DNA from: an uncultured Acidimicrobiia bacterium
Lineage (GTDB): Bacteria; Actinomycetota; Acidimicrobiia; IMCC26256; JAENVU01
Assembly: GCA_963796755.1 (NCBI GenBank)
Contig: CAWCMX010000001.1
Span: 1,491,995-1,555,994, forward strand
DNA: 64,000 nucleotides
Direction of reading: 5' to 3'
Part shown: positions 1 to 11,748 of the stretch, piece by piece
Position numbering within the stretch: position 1 is the first letter of the stretch
How the letters are laid out: each line of letters begins with the position of its first letter
The notes under the pieces: generated by a model
Database searches by the model: none
Told to the model about the DNA's origin: nothing
What the model saw: only the letters and a program-made list of their open reading frames with translations
Translations under genes and position numbers: made by a program

Positions 1-431
1 AGGGCGCGGAGGGTCTCGGGGCCGAGGATGCCGTCGATGGAGAGCCCGGTGTTGCGCTGGAACTCGCGCAGCGCCGCGGCGCTCTGGTGCCCGAGGATCC
101 CGTCCTCGCGGCCGGCGTCGAAGCCGAGCGCGTTGAGCCGGTGCTGGAACTCGGCGACGTCGTCGCCGCGCAGGTTCGGGCTCCGCTCGTAGAGCAGCCG
201 GTCGCCGAGGGCGAAGCCACTCTCGACGAGCGTTGCCCAGGTCTCGGGACCACAGATCCCGTCGACCCGGATTCCCCGGGCCTCCTGGAACGCCCGGACG
301 GCCGCCTCGGTCGCGGATCCAAACCACCCGGCGTCGTCGTCGACCGGCACGTACCCGGCCGCGGCCAGCCGCTGCTGGAGGTCGCGCACGGCTTTGCCCG
401 CGCTGTCGCGCCGAAGGATGTCTGCACTCAT
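1..431 (-). CDS. cwlM: Peptidoglycan-binding-domain protein, N-terminal part of a CwlM-like N-acetylmuramoyl-L-alanine amidase; runs off the window
   Basis: My translation from the minus-strand ATG at 431 gives MSADILRRDSAGKAVRDLQQRLAAAGYVPVDDD..GICGPETWATL, then ..LGHQSAAALREFQRNTGLSIDGILGPET. These are two PG_binding_1-like repeats. The gene lies downstream of trxB-trxA, as cwlM does in mycobacteria. Confidence 0.55.
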   Translation of the reverse strand, partial: MSADILRRDSAGKAVRDLQQRLAAAGYVPVDDDAGWFGSATEAAVRAFQEARGIRVDGICGPETWATLVESGFALGDRLLYERSPNLRGDDVAEFQHRLNALGFDAGREDGILGHQSAAALREFQRNTGLSIDGILGPETLRA

Positions 432-527
432 GGTCGAGGCTGCCACCTCGGTGGTCCTACCCACCCCCGCCCGCGTCGCGCGCGCCGCGTGTTCGCGTGG
501 ACACGCGGAACCCGGGGGCGGGTCGGT

Positions 528-857
528 TCATCCGATGAACTCGGAAAGGTCCTGGAGCAGCTGGCCCTTGCCCTTGGCCCCGACGAGGCGCTTGACCGGC
601 GAACCGTCCTGGAACACCAGCAGCGTCGGGATGCTCATCACATCGAAGCGCCGCGCGGTGTCCGGGTTGTCGTCGACGTTGAGCTTCGCGATCTGGAGCT
701 TGCCCTCGTGCTCGTCGGCGATCTCCGCGAGCGCCGGAGCGATCATCTTGCACGGGCCACACCATTCGGCCCAGAAGTCGATGACGACCGGCGTGCCGGC
801 GGCCTTGACCGTCTCGTCGAAGGTGGCGTCCGAGAGCGTCAGAATCTTGTCAGACAC
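528..857 (-). CDS. trxA: Thioredoxin
   Basis: ORF 528..923 contains the WCGPC active site (VVIDFWAEWCGPCKMIAP). The likely start is GTG at 857 (VSDKILTL), preceded by GGAAAGGA with a 6-nt spacer. Confidence 0.9.
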   Translation of the reverse strand: MSDKILTLSDATFDETVKAAGTPVVIDFWAEWCGPCKMIAPALAEIADEHEGKLQIAKLNVDDNPDTARRFDVMSIPTLLVFQDGSPVKRLVGAKGKGQLLQDLSEFIG

Positions 858-952
858 GTGATGTCCTTTCCGGCGGCCGCCAGAGACGGTCGCGGTGGGT
901 TCGAAGTGTAGCGACGGGTGCAACGCATCTCGGGGTTCAGTTGCTTCCCGAG

Positions 953-1891
<939 letters not shown>

Positions 1892-1899
<8 letters not shown>

Positions 1900-2179
1900 G
1901 TTCGACTTCCTTCTTCGAGCGGCGTGACCAGCAGAACCCACCGGCGATGAGGAAGATTCCCCCGATGATCAGCCAGGCGGCCCAGACCGGGACGACGATC
2001 ACGAGTACCCGGAACGTCAGGATGGTCACGAGCATGAAGGCCGTCAGCGCGAAGAACGCGGTGAGGAAGCCGTAGACGACGACCTTCGCGCCCTGTTGGG
2101 CCGGTACGACGGTCTTGTCGCGGACGAGGATGACGCCCTTCTCGACCGCGTCTGCCGCTTGGGTGGTCCAGTCGCTCAA
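1892..2179 (-). CDS. Small membrane protein with two TM helices, function unknown
   Basis: Intact 95-aa ORF with a hydrophobic core ([44 protein letters not shown]). Its end overlaps the trxB start by 8 nt. Confidence 0.5.
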
Positions 2180-3053
2180 CGCCCGCGTCCTCCTGTAGCC
2201 CGGCGACTCCCCGGGGAGGTCAGGAGCGTACCCGGATGGTCGCCGGAACTCCCGGGCCGGGTGGCGCTATCGGGATATCGACGCCACCACGTCGGTGCAG
2301 TCGGTGTCCGAGACGACGAACACGATCGTGCGACCCCCGGTGGTGATCCCGACGATCGTGACGGGTGCGCCCTGGTAGGTGCCGGTCCCGGTGAACGCGA
2401 CGGTTCGGTGGCCGGCGAGCTGCGCGCGCACGCGGCAGTGCTCGCGGCGCTGGGAGCCGGAGCCACGTTCAGGGCGTCCGGTGCGGAGCCGTTGCCCGCG
2501 AACTGGGACTTCGCCCTGGGCGGCACCGTCGTCGTGGTGTCACCGGCGGCGCGTCGATCGAGCAGCCCGCGCAGCGCCGCCGGGCTCGTCACGTCGCCGA
2601 GGTCACCCACATCTCCGTGCAGCGGCGCGGTGCCGCTCGACGCACTCTCGCTCGAGCTGTTCGAGGAGTCGTTGCTCATGGACGAGACGGCGACACCGAT
2701 GCCGGCGATCACGAGCAACCCGGCGGCCGCGATCGCGGTCACCGTCACCCACCGGCGCGAGCGCGGCGCGCTCGGGACCGGCTTCGGTGCCGCGTCCGTC
2801 GCGGTGCCGATGAGGCGTCGCCGCGTCACGTCGTCGAGGGGCGGCACGGGCGCGCGCGTACCGCGACGCGCGCTGGTCGAGCGCGGCTCGCCGCGCCGCG
2901 AAGTCCGGCATCGCGCCGAGCTGGGCGCGCACGGTCGGCTCGTCGAGGCCCTGCTCCGCCGGCGAACGCGCCGAGCTCGCCGTCGACGAGCGCGTTGAGC
3001 GCCTCGTCGGCGTCGAAGTCGCCGGGCGCGGGAGGGATCGGAGGTCCGTTCAT
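2176..3053 (-). CDS. Putative anti-sigma factor, single-pass membrane protein; several apparent frameshifts
   Basis: The ATG at 3053 overlaps the sigma-factor stop (ATGA). N-terminus is MNGPPIPPAPGDFDADEALNALVDGELGAFA. A later frame carries a TM segment (WVTVTAIAAAGLLVIAGIGVAV) and a Ser/Pro-rich extracytoplasmic tail. Confidence 0.55.
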
Positions 3054-3684
3054 GGCTGGTGCTCCGTTGGACGCTGCGTCGGCGCGGCCGGGTTCCCCGA
3101 GTCGGGCGACGTGGACCCGGTCCACGCGGGGTCGTGGGTGGGCCCCAGCTCGATGGCCAGGGCCGCCCGCCCCCGGGCGATCCGTGAGCGCACGGTCCCC
3201 GGAGGCACGTTCAGCACCTCCGAGATCTGCCGCGTAGTCGAGGTCGCAGAGGTCCCGGAGGACGACCGCGACCCGAAACTCCTCGGGGATCCGGGCGAGC
3301 GCCGCGTCGATGTCGATCCGCTCCCCACCGGCCTCGGGACCGGAGTCCGAGATCGCCGGCGCATCTCGCAACTCGGCCGCGGGACGCGGGCGGCGGCCCC
3401 GGCGCCGGAGCTCGTCGAGGGCTGCGTTCGTCGCGACGCGGTACAGCCACGTGGTGAACGCGGACCGCCCGTCGAAGCGCGGCGATCGCGCGGGTGATCG
3501 CGATGAGCGCCTCTTGTGTCGCGTCGAGCGCGTCGTCGGGATCTCCGAGGATGCGCCGACAGATCGCGTGGACGCGGTCGACGTGACGGTCGAGCAGCGC
3601 ATCGAGCGCGGCGCGATCGCCAGTCGCAGCCAGCTGGGCGAGGGTCGCATCGTCGCGGGCGTGGAGTGGATCAGGCGGTGCCAA
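3050..3684 (-). CDS. ECF (group IV) RNA polymerase sigma factor, SigM-like by position; two apparent frameshifts
   Basis: Region 2 reads DALDATQEALIAITRAI..FDGRSAFTTWLYRVATNAALDELRRR. Region 4 reads IPEEFRVAVVLRDLCDLDY..ISEVLNVPPGTVRSRIARGRAAL. The pieces lie in three frames. Confidence 0.8.
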
Positions 3685-5205
3685 AGACGCGAACCTCGGC
3701 CACCCGCAATCGGTAGGGGCGGCTCGGCGGCAGGTTGGTGATCCAGAGCAGCACGTAGCGCGCGCGGGTCGACGGCTGCAGCGTCAGCTGCGCGTCCGAT
3801 CCCAGGCCCTGGCCGGTGAAGAGCGGTGGGCCCCAGCCGGCCAACGCGGCGGGCACCGAGTCGCTCGCGTAGACCTGCGCGCTCCAGTCCGTGTCGGTCG
3901 CCGGGGTCGAGCACCTCGAGTCGGGTGATCTTCTTCGGGCTGCCGAGGTCGACGACGAGCCCGACGCCCGACTTTCAGCCCCCCGACGTCGCGATCCTGG
4001 TACAGCTCGGTGGACCACACGGTGGCGACGTTGTTGTCCCACGCGAACGGGACCAGCGCATGGCTCTCGTGACCGTCGCCCTCGGGGTCGTAGTCCTGGA
4101 CTCCGACGATCTTGAGCTGGGTCACGACGGGCGCCGGCGGCGCGGCGTTGGAGGCGGGCTCGTCGTCGATCGCCCGGTACCCGAGGTAGCCGGCGAACAG
4201 CCCGATCACGAAGACCGCGGTCCAGAGCGCGATGCGGGCCGGCGTGAAGGCCGAGGTGCGGGCCCGCGCCGCCGGGACCGGGAGCGCACCGACGGCGGTC
4301 GCCGGTTCCGGCGTCGAGCGGGGCGGCAGCCGCACCGGCCGGGTCATGTCCTCGCGGCTCGGCGGCCCTTCGCTGCGGAACGGGGCCAGCGTGTCGCGGA
4401 ACGCGAGCGCGCTCGGCCACCGGTCGGCCGGGTCCTTGGTGAGCGCCCGGTCGATCACGTGCTCCAGCCCCGGTGAGACTGCCGGGCACTCGAGCGAGAT
4501 CGGTCGCGGCGGTGCGGTCAGGCGCGCGACTGCAGTGGCGATGTCCGTGTCGGCCTCGAACGGTGCCTTGCCGCACAGCATCTCGTAGAGCACGAGACCC
4601 AGCGAGTAGATGTCGACGCGCTCGTCGACCACGCGCCCGTCCACCTGCTCGGGTGCGAGGTAGCGGGCGGTGCCCACCACCATCCCGGTGCGGGTCAGCT
4701 CGTCGTCGCCGCTGTCGGCCGCCTTCGCGATGCCGAAGTCCGTGACCTTGACGCGGCCGTCGGGCTGGACGAGCACGTTGCCCGGCTTGACGTCGCGGTG
4801 GACCAGACCGCGCGCGTGCGCGACGGAGAGCGCGTCGGCCACCTGGTACGCGATCGCGGTGGCCTCCGCGACCGGTACCGCGCCGTCGCGGTCGATGAGC
4901 TGGCGCAGGGTGATGCCGTGCACGAGCTCCATCACGATGTACGCGACGCCGTCGTCCTCACCCGTGTCGTAGGTCGCGACGATGTTGGGGTGCGTGACCG
5001 CGGCTGCGGTCACGGCCTCACGCCGGAACCGGGCCCGGATGCTCTCGTCCATGCCGATCGCCGTATCGAGCGTCTTGATCGCGATGTGACGCGCGAGCAG
5101 CGGGTCGTCGGCCTCCCAGACCGTTCCCATCCCGCCACGGGCGATCACACGTTCCAGCCGGTAGCGGCCGCCGAGGACGCGTCCGGCTTCCAGGGGCTCC
5201 GGCAT
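3671..5205 (-). CDS. Transmembrane Ser/Thr protein kinase with an extracytoplasmic beta-rich C-terminal domain; one apparent frameshift near 3960
   Basis: Kinase motifs present: GGMGTVW, IAIKTL, HRDVKPGNVLV, DFGIAK, ARYLAPE. TM segment is IALWTAVFVIGLFAGYLGY. The C-terminal part (..KIVGVQDYDPEGDGHESH..WSAQVYASDS..YVLLWITNL..LRVAEVRVFG) continues in a second frame. Confidence 0.85.
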
Positions 5206-5275
5206 GTGCCTTCACGCTACCCGCGGCATCTCGCCCGCTTGGGCCGCGTTCGTGAGCTTTTTCGCGGTGGTCTCG

Positions 5276-6115
5276 CTACGGCGCGTCGACCCAGCCGACG
5301 CCGATCGTGCGCGGCCCCGCGTGGGTGCCGATCACCGGACCGATGGTGCCGAACTCGATCTGGTCGCGCGCGACGGTTGGTGCGAGCAGCTCGACCATCT
5401 CGTCGATGTCGGGCGCCTGCGCGTCGAAGATGAAGACCTGTTCCGGCGCCGTTGCCTGCGCGACCTTGTCCGCAAGCAGCTTGAGGCTCTTCGAGCGGGT
5501 TCGGACCTTGCCGGCTTCCGCCACCGCGCCGTCGCGCACCTCGATGACCGGCTTGATCGAGAGCATCCCGCCGAGCAGTGCCTGCGCCGAGCCGATGCGC
5601 CCACCGCGCTTGAGGTGCTCGAGCGTGTCGAGCGCGCCGAACAGCCGGGTCCGGCTCGCCTGGTCCTCGGTGGCCCGGGCGATCTGCACGACGTCCGCGC
5701 CCTCCTGGCTCAGGCGCACGGCGTTGATGCACTGGAGCCCGAGGCCCATGGAGACCATCAGCGAGTCCACGACCTCGACGGGACACGTCCCCTTCATGGC
5801 TTTCGCTGCGACTTGGGCGGATTGCATCGTGGCGGAGAGCCGGGAGGAGAGGTTGATGCAGACGATGCCGTCCGCGCCCTCCGCGGCGAGCCGCTGGAAG
5901 GTGGCTTCGAACGCGCCGGCCGACGGGGCCGCGGTCTCGGGGAGCACCTCGGAGGTGGCGACCTTGCGCCAGAACTCCTCGTTGGAGAGCTCGACCCGGT
6001 CGATGTACTCCTCGGTGCCGAACCGGATCGTCAGGGGGACGATCTCGATGCCGAGCTCCGCAGCTCGGGCGACGGGCAGGTCGCACGAGCTGTCGGTGAC
6101 GACGCGTACCCCCAC
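5276..6115 (-). CDS. DegV family fatty-acid-binding protein
   Basis: Intact ORF reading VRVVTDSSCDLP..IVPLTIRFG..NLSSRLSATMQSA..GALDTLEHLKRGGRIG. Likely GTG start at 6115. Confidence 0.85.
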   Translation of the reverse strand: MGVRVVTDSSCDLPVARAAELGIEIVPLTIRFGTEEYIDRVELSNEEFWRKVATSEVLPETAAPSAGAFEATFQRLAAEGADGIVCINLSSRLSATMQSAQVAAKAMKGTCPVEVVDSLMVSMGLGLQCINAVRLSQEGADVVQIARATEDQASRTRLFGALDTLEHLKRGGRIGSAQALLGGMLSIKPVIEVRDGAVAEAGKVRTRSKSLKLLADKVAQATAPEQVFIFDAQAPDIDEMVELLAPTVARDQIEFGTIGPVIGTHAGPRTIGVGWVDAP

Positions 6116-6225
6116 GGGGCCTCCCCGGATCGGTGGCGGACTGGGCCCTTCGACTGCGTGACCATTCCCATGGTTACACGCATGCCACACGTTTTCACGG
6201 CCCATTCGGGCCGGGCCCCGATGGA

Positions 6226-7854
6226 TCAGACGGTGTCGTCGGCGGCGCTCAGTGGCCGGCGGCGGATGGCGTCGCGCAGCAGGCTCAGCTCACGGACGTG
6301 GAGCACCTGCAGCGAGGCGAAGAACCCGACGCCGCCGACCACCAGCGCGGCGGTCACCGCGAGGATCGCCCGTGCCGGAGTCGCGTACCCGATGACGGTC
6401 GCCACGCCCCACGCGAGCGCGGAGAGCACGGCGGTCGCGATGAGCACGCGCCCGAGCGTGTCGGCGATGTGGCGACCCTCGAGCCGGCCGAGCCGCCGAC
6501 GCATCGCCGCGAGGGCCACGATCATCGCGGCGATGTACGCGATCGACCACGAGAGCGCGAGCCCTTCGACCCCGAAGAGCGGGTACAGCGCGAGGGCGAA
6601 GACGATGTTGACGCCGTTCTCGAGGCAGTTCAGCAGGAACGGGGTGCGCGTGTCCTGCATCGAGTAGAAGCCGCGCAGCGTGAAGAGGTACGCGGAGAAC
6701 GAGAACAGGCCGACCGCGAACCAGGCCAGCGTCTCCGCGGTCGCGGCGCCGTTCTTGGCCGAGAAGCTGCCGTAGTCGAGCAGCGCGTTCACGATCGGAC
6801 GCGCGAGCACGAGCAGGATCGCGGCGGCAGGGAGCACGACGAGGCCCATGAGCCGGAAGCCCATCGCGAACTGGGCCCGCAGACCGTCGAAGTCGCCGCG
6901 GCTCGCCCGGCTTGCGAGCTCCGGCGCGAGCGCCGTCATGATCGACACCGCGAACAGACCGTGCGGGAGCTGGAAGAACGTGAACGCGGCGAGGTAGACG
7001 GACGCGTCGCCGATGTGCCCGTACGCGAGGAACAACGCCACCCAGAACGCGAGCTGGTTCGTGGCGACGTAGCCGACGGTCCAGCCGGAGAGCCGGGCGA
7101 GCTTGCGCACGGCCGGGTGCCGCCACTCCCAGACCCAGTGGAGCCGGATCCCGGCGTGCCGGACCGCGGGCCACAGCACGACCGCCATCGCGATGATGCC
7201 GGCCGTGGTCCCGAGCCCGAGGAGCAGCACGAGCGCCGGGTCCTGAAGGACGCTGGTGACCGTGGGCGGCTCGCTCGCGATCCTCGGCAGCGCGAGCAAC
7301 GCTCCGATCACCACGACGTTGTTCAGCACGGGCGCGAAAGCCGCCGCGGCGAACCGCCGGCGCGCGTTGAGCATCGCGGTCGCGAGCGCGGTCACGCCGT
7401 AGAAGAAGATCTGCGGCATGAACCAGCGCAGCAGGTCGGTCGCCAGCGCCTGTTGCGCGGCCTTGCCCGCGCCGTGCAGACGGAGCGTGTAGAGATCGAT
7501 GATCCACGGCGCCGCGAGGAAGCCGATGACGCTGATCGCCGCGAGCGAGACGAGCGCGACGGAGTTGATCGCGTTGGTGGCGCGTTCGTCCTTCCGCTCG
7601 AAGTGCTCGACGTACAGCGGGACGAGCGTCGCGGTGAGGATGCCGCCGAGCAGCAGCTCGTAGACGATGTTCGGCGTCGAGTTGGCGATGTTGTAGACGT
7701 CGGTGAGCCGCGCGAAGCCCAGCGCCGCGAGCGCGGACACCCGCAGGAAGCCGGTGATCCGCGAGAGCGCGGTGCCGAGACCGACGACCGCGCTCGATCG
7801 GACCAGCCGGTGCTCGGCGCCGCCCTCGGCGTCGTCGGTCAAGGGTTCGCTCAC
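6226..7854 (-). CDS. murJ: Lipid II flippase MurJ (MviN)
   Basis: Intact polytopic ORF (..LGTALSRITGFLRVSALAALGF..DVYNIANSTPNIVYELLLGGILTATLVP..). GTG at 7854 forms a GTGA overlap with the upstream stop; the alternative start is 7914. Confidence 0.9.
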   Translation of the reverse strand: MSEPLTDDAEGGAEHRLVRSSAVVGLGTALSRITGFLRVSALAALGFARLTDVYNIANSTPNIVYELLLGGILTATLVPLYVEHFERKDERATNAINSVALVSLAAISVIGFLAAPWIIDLYTLRLHGAGKAAQQALATDLLRWFMPQIFFYGVTALATAMLNARRRFAAAAFAPVLNNVVVIGALLALPRIASEPPTVTSVLQDPALVLLLGLGTTAGIIAMAVVLWPAVRHAGIRLHWVWEWRHPAVRKLARLSGWTVGYVATNQLAFWVALFLAYGHIGDASVYLAAFTFFQLPHGLFAVSIMTALAPELASRASRGDFDGLRAQFAMGFRLMGLVVLPAAAILLVLARPIVNALLDYGSFSAKNGAATAETLAWFAVGLFSFSAYLFTLRGFYSMQDTRTPFLLNCLENGVNIVFALALYPLFGVEGLALSWSIAYIAAMIVALAAMRRRLGRLEGRHIADTLGRVLIATAVLSALAWGVATVIGYATPARAILAVTAALVVGGVGFFASLQVLHVRELSLLRDAIRRRPLSAADDTV

Positions 7855-9899
7855 GTCGCGAGCGTCGCAGGCCGGATGGGCTGGCGCCGGCTTCTCCGCC
7901 AATGGGTGATCCACCAGATCGCCAGGAAGAGCCCGGCGCCGATCGTCAGGAAGATCCCGACCCCACTGAACACCGTCGAGCGCACGGTGTAGCGGGCCGC
8001 GCGCAGAGGGAGCCGGCCGTCAAGGGTGGTGACGGACACGTTCAGCGGGAAGGTTCCCGATGCCCGGGCCTCGACCGCGAAGGTGGTCGTGGTGTTCCGC
8101 GGCGCGAGCAGGAGCACCTGGGTGTTGCCCTTGGCGAACACAAGCTTGTCGCTCTGGAACTTGATCAGGAGCTTGACCGGTCTGCCGGTCTGGTTGTTGA
8201 AGCTCAGGGGCAGGTTGGCCTTGCGCGAGGTCAGGGTGACGGTCAGCCCGGATGGTGGTGTCTCGATCAGCGCGGCGAACTGGGCGATGCCGTGGTTGAT
8301 GGCACCGAGCCGCGCGTTGGACTGCCGGCGCCCGACCGCACCGGGCCAGACGGAGGTGAGCGAGATCAGGAGCCCCCGGTGCCCGGCGGTGATCGCGGGA
8401 TCGTCGGTGCCGACGGTCGTGGAGAACGCGTTCAGGTCGGTCCGGGTCGACCGGTAGCGCGACGGGTTCACGGTCGGCGGCGCGGCGACGAGCGGCGCGA
8501 GCTCGCGGACGACGGGACCGTTGCGTGTCTGCTCCAGCGGCACATGGGCGAAGAGCTGGTCGAGCGTGACCGGCGCGACGAGCGGGTTGTCCGTGAGGCC
8601 CTTCACCAGCGCGTCGATCAGGGCCGGCTCCGGGTCCCAGCGTGCCGGCATCGCGATCGCGACGCCGCGGGTCTCGTTGGGCTGCTCGATCGCGACGATC
8701 GAGAGGCCGGCGAGGAAGTGGGCCGCGCGCAGCGCCGGCGAACCGTCGCCTTCGAGCAGGTGCTCGAGCCCGTCGTCCGTCTGCACGGTGGAGAACTGGC
8801 GGCCCCCGCTCTCGAGCGTGAACGGGCGCGCCGGGGTGAACTGCGGCGCCTGGGCGGGTGCGACGAGCGCGTCGGGCGCGACGACCACCCGGTCGACCTG
8901 GCTCAGCTCCAGTCGCGCCAACGCGGCGGAGTCGAGGGGCGCGACGTCCGTCGTGCGCGGGTCGAGCCGCAGGTCGAGGGCATTGCTGAGCGCCACCGAA
9001 CCCTGCGCGAGCTCGAGCGCCGCGTCGTCGCCCAGGCCGGCTCGCTCGAGGCTCGGGATGTCGATCGGGACGTACGGACCGGTGACCACCTGCTTGGTCC
9101 GGGCCGCGGCGCGCAACGCCGTGAGCCCGGGCGCCGCGGCCGGGTCGGTCTTCGCGTGCTGGGCCCAGGACTCGAGCGTCTCCGGGCCCGGCACCAGGGT
9201 CAGCGGCAGGTTGGCGGCGTGCGCGGCGGCGGTGGCGAGCCGGGTGAGCCGCCCGTTCGGCCCCGTCGTCTGTTCGAAGCCCGGGCGCAGCGCGCCACCG
9301 GGGCTGGTCGCCGGGTCGGCCGCGATCTTCCAGATCCACGCCACGTTCAGCGGCTCGCCCATCGGAGCGCCGTTGACCGCGGGGGCGACCGCGACCAGCT
9401 GCGTGACGAAGCTCGCGACCCGCTCGCCGCTCTCCGGGTCGCGCAGCTCGATCTCCACGGGGTAGACGCCCGTGTTCGACGAGCGGGGCAACGGGAGCCG
9501 GAGCCGGCTGGTGTCGCGCGGCTGGTTCGGGTCCTGGAGCTTCAGGGTGAGGATGCGACCGCCCGTGGGGGCGAACGGCAGGGTCGCGGCCGGTGCGCCG
9601 GTCGTGCCGATCGTGGAGCCGAGTCGGTCACCGTCGAGGCTGCGCTCGAACCCGGTGCGACTGGTCAGCGACGCGTGGACGATCGCGCGTGCCTCGAGCC
9701 CGTCGAGCGACCCGCTCGTCGCGAGCCGCAGCGGCACGTCCTGGCCGAGCGTGACGATGGCCGGTTGCTCGAGCAGCGAGATGCGCGGTGTCGTGGCCGC
9801 GCTCGGCGCGGAGGTGACCGGTGCGGCGGATGCAGCGGCCGGGGCCATGCACAGCGCCACGAGCAGAGCGGAGGTGATCGCCAGGGCGACGCGCTTCAC
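7851..9899 (-). CDS. Large conserved secreted/anchored protein, counterpart by position of mycobacterial Rv3909 (probably DUF6049-type)
   Basis: Intact 682-codon reading from GTG at 9899. It has a signal peptide ([27 protein letters not shown]) and a C-terminal TM ([22 protein letters not shown]). GTGA overlaps occur at both ends. Confidence 0.6.
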   Translation of the reverse strand: MKRVALAITSALLVALCMAPAAASAAPVTSAPSAATTPRISLLEQPAIVTLGQDVPLRLATSGSLDGLEARAIVHASLTSRTGFERSLDGDRLGSTIGTTGAPAATLPFAPTGGRILTLKLQDPNQPRDTSRLRLPLPRSSNTGVYPVEIELRDPESGERVASFVTQLVAVAPAVNGAPMGEPLNVAWIWKIAADPATSPGGALRPGFEQTTGPNGRLTRLATAAAHAANLPLTLVPGPETLESWAQHAKTDPAAAPGLTALRAAARTKQVVTGPYVPIDIPSLERAGLGDDAALELAQGSVALSNALDLRLDPRTTDVAPLDSAALARLELSQVDRVVVAPDALVAPAQAPQFTPARPFTLESGGRQFSTVQTDDGLEHLLEGDGSPALRAAHFLAGLSIVAIEQPNETRGVAIAMPARWDPEPALIDALVKGLTDNPLVAPVTLDQLFAHVPLEQTRNGPVVRELAPLVAAPPTVNPSRYRSTRTDLNAFSTTVGTDDPAITAGHRGLLISLTSVWPGAVGRRQSNARLGAINHGIAQFAALIETPPSGLTVTLTSRKANLPLSFNNQTGRPVKLLIKFQSDKLVFAKGNTQVLLLAPRNTTTTFAVEARASGTFPLNVSVTTLDGRLPLRAARYTVRSTVFSGVGIFLTIGAGLFLAIWWITHWRRSRRQPIRPATLAT

Positions 9900-10588
9900 A
9901 GCGATCGGCCCATGACGCAGAGGCCGGTCGGCAGCTCGCGGAAGCCGCAGGACTGGTAGAGCGCGAGCGCAGGCGCGTTGTCGCACTGCGTGTTGACGAG
10001 CGCCTGCGTCGCGCCGTGACGCCGCAACCAGCGCAGGCCGTCGAGGACGATCGCGCGGCCGTAGCCCTCGCGGCGCGCGCTCGGATCGACGGCCAGTCGC
10101 TGGAGGTACCCGTGATGACCGGCGCGGCCGGTCACCGCGTAGGCGAGCAGACCGTCCTCGCCTTCGGCCACGCGGAACCGACTGGAGGGCGTGGCTTCGA
10201 TCGCGTTGGTCAGGCCCTCGGCGTCGAGGCGCCAGAACCCGTCGAACGAGCGGTGGTCGAGCTCGAGGACCGCGCGCCGGTCGCCCTTCTTCGCGCGCCG
10301 GGTGCCCCGGGTGGGCTGGGGCAGGTCGCCCATCGAGTGCGCCAGGAGGTGCAGTCGCTCCCGGATCGAGAAGCCCGCGTCGAGGAACGGGAGCGCATCG
10401 GCGGCGGCGAGCGCGCTCGTGACGACGGCCGAGTACCCGCGCCCGCGCAGCAGCCGCAGGCAGCGGTCCACGATCTCGGGGGTCGGGGGGTAGTCGGCGC
10501 CAACAGAGAGGTAGGCCACGTCGGCGCGTCCACGCCACGAGCCGAGCCGAGCCCAACCGCCCCGCCAGCGCAGGGTTTCGTCGGTCAT
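9896..10588 (-). CDS. GNAT family N-acetyltransferase
   Basis: Intact 230-aa ORF with an acetyl-CoA-binding-type motif region ([43 protein letters not shown]). Confidence 0.75.
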   Translation of the reverse strand: MTDETLRWRGGWARLGSWRGRADVAYLSVGADYPPTPEIVDRCLRLLRGRGYSAVVTSALAAADALPFLDAGFSIRERLHLLAHSMGDLPQPTRGTRRAKKGDRRAVLELDHRSFDGFWRLDAEGLTNAIEATPSSRFRVAEGEDGLLAYAVTGRAGHHGYLQRLAVDPSARREGYGRAIVLDGLRWLRRHGATQALVNTQCDNAPALALYQSCGFRELPTGLCVMGRSL

Positions 10589-10647
10589 GTCACGAGGAAG
10601 CGTAGGCGGGTGCCCGCAGCAATTCCGGGCTGGGTTACCGTGCGCGG

Positions 10648-11748
10648 GTGCTCTTCGTGGCGACGGACCCGGTGTTCTCGCTGCACACCACGGGTCGCGG
10701 CCATCCTGAGCGTCCGGCTCGGCTGCAGGCCGTGCAGGAGGGCATCGAGCGCGCCGGCCTCGCGGACGCCCTGCTCCCGCTGCCCGCCCGCGCCGCCACC
10801 GCGGCGGAGCTCGAGCGCGTGCATCCGGCCGCGTACCTCGAAGCGCTCGAAGCCCAGAGCCGCGCGGGCGGCGGGATGCTGGACGCCGACACCGTGGTCT
10901 CGGCGGAGTCCTGGCGGGCGGCGATCACCGCCGCGGGAACCGGCATCGCGGCGATCGACGCGGCTCGGCACCGGCGCGGCCGACGCGGCGTTCCTCGCGG
11001 TGCGCCCGCCCGGCCATCACGCCCGCCCGTCCCAGGGCATGGGCTTCTGCCTGCTGAACAACATCGCCGTCGCCGCGGCCGAGCTCGCGGCGCGCGGCGA
11101 GAAGGTGCTGATCGTCGACTACGACGCCCATCACGGCAACGGAACCCAGGAGATCTTCTACGACGACCCGCGCGTCCTGTACGTCTCGTTCCACGAGTGG
11201 CCGCTCTACCCGGGGACCGGATCGCCACGACGAGATCGGTGCCGGCGAGGGTGAAGGGGCGACGGTGAACCTCCCGCTGCCCGCCGGTGCGACGGGCGAC
11301 GTCTACCTGCGCGGCGCTCGACGACGTGGTCGCGCCGCAGGTCGAGCGGTTCGCCCCGACCTGGGTGCTGATCTCGGCCGGCTTCGACGCCCACCGGGCT
11401 GACCCGCTCACCGGGCTGGGGCTCTCGGCCGGGGACTACGCGGCGATCGGCGAGCGGGTCGCGGCGTGGGCCGAGCCCGGCCGGCTGATCTCGTTCCTCG
11501 AGGGCGGCTACAGCCTCGACGCGCTGCGGGACTCCGTGGCGGCGAGCCTGCCGACGCTCATCGGCGCGCCGGGCAACGCGGTCGACGGCGAGCCGGACAC
11601 CTCCGGCGGCCCCGGGACCACGGTCGTCGAAGCCGGTCGCGGACCTCTGGCACCGCCGGCGACGCCGGCTGAGCCCGCACCTCCCAAAACGTCATCTTCA
11701 GGACCCCGGCGTGCCGGTCGATACCAAGGGCGCAGACACCCGGTGTGA
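10648..11748 (+). CDS. Histone deacetylase/acetoin-utilization (AcuC) family deacetylase; two or more apparent frameshifts and an uncertain 3' end
   Basis: Pieces read [11 protein letters not shown].., ..[52 protein letters not shown].., and ..[20 protein letters not shown]. Confidence 0.8.

Noticed and set aside
431-527. An inverted repeat (CCGCGTGT-N8-ACACGCGG) downstream of trxA could be an intrinsic terminator.
   Set aside because: There is no U-tract, and cwlM follows only 97 nt later on the same strand, so read-through or operon transcription is as likely.
6133-7992. A 619-aa plus-strand ORF lies antisense to murJ. Similar long ORFs occur at 5204..6667 and 7902..9959.
   Set aside because: It is a shadow ORF typical of 70% GC DNA. 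The translation is low-complexity and R/E/D/G-rich with no motifs, while the opposite strand encodes well-recognisable MurJ, DegV and the secreted protein.
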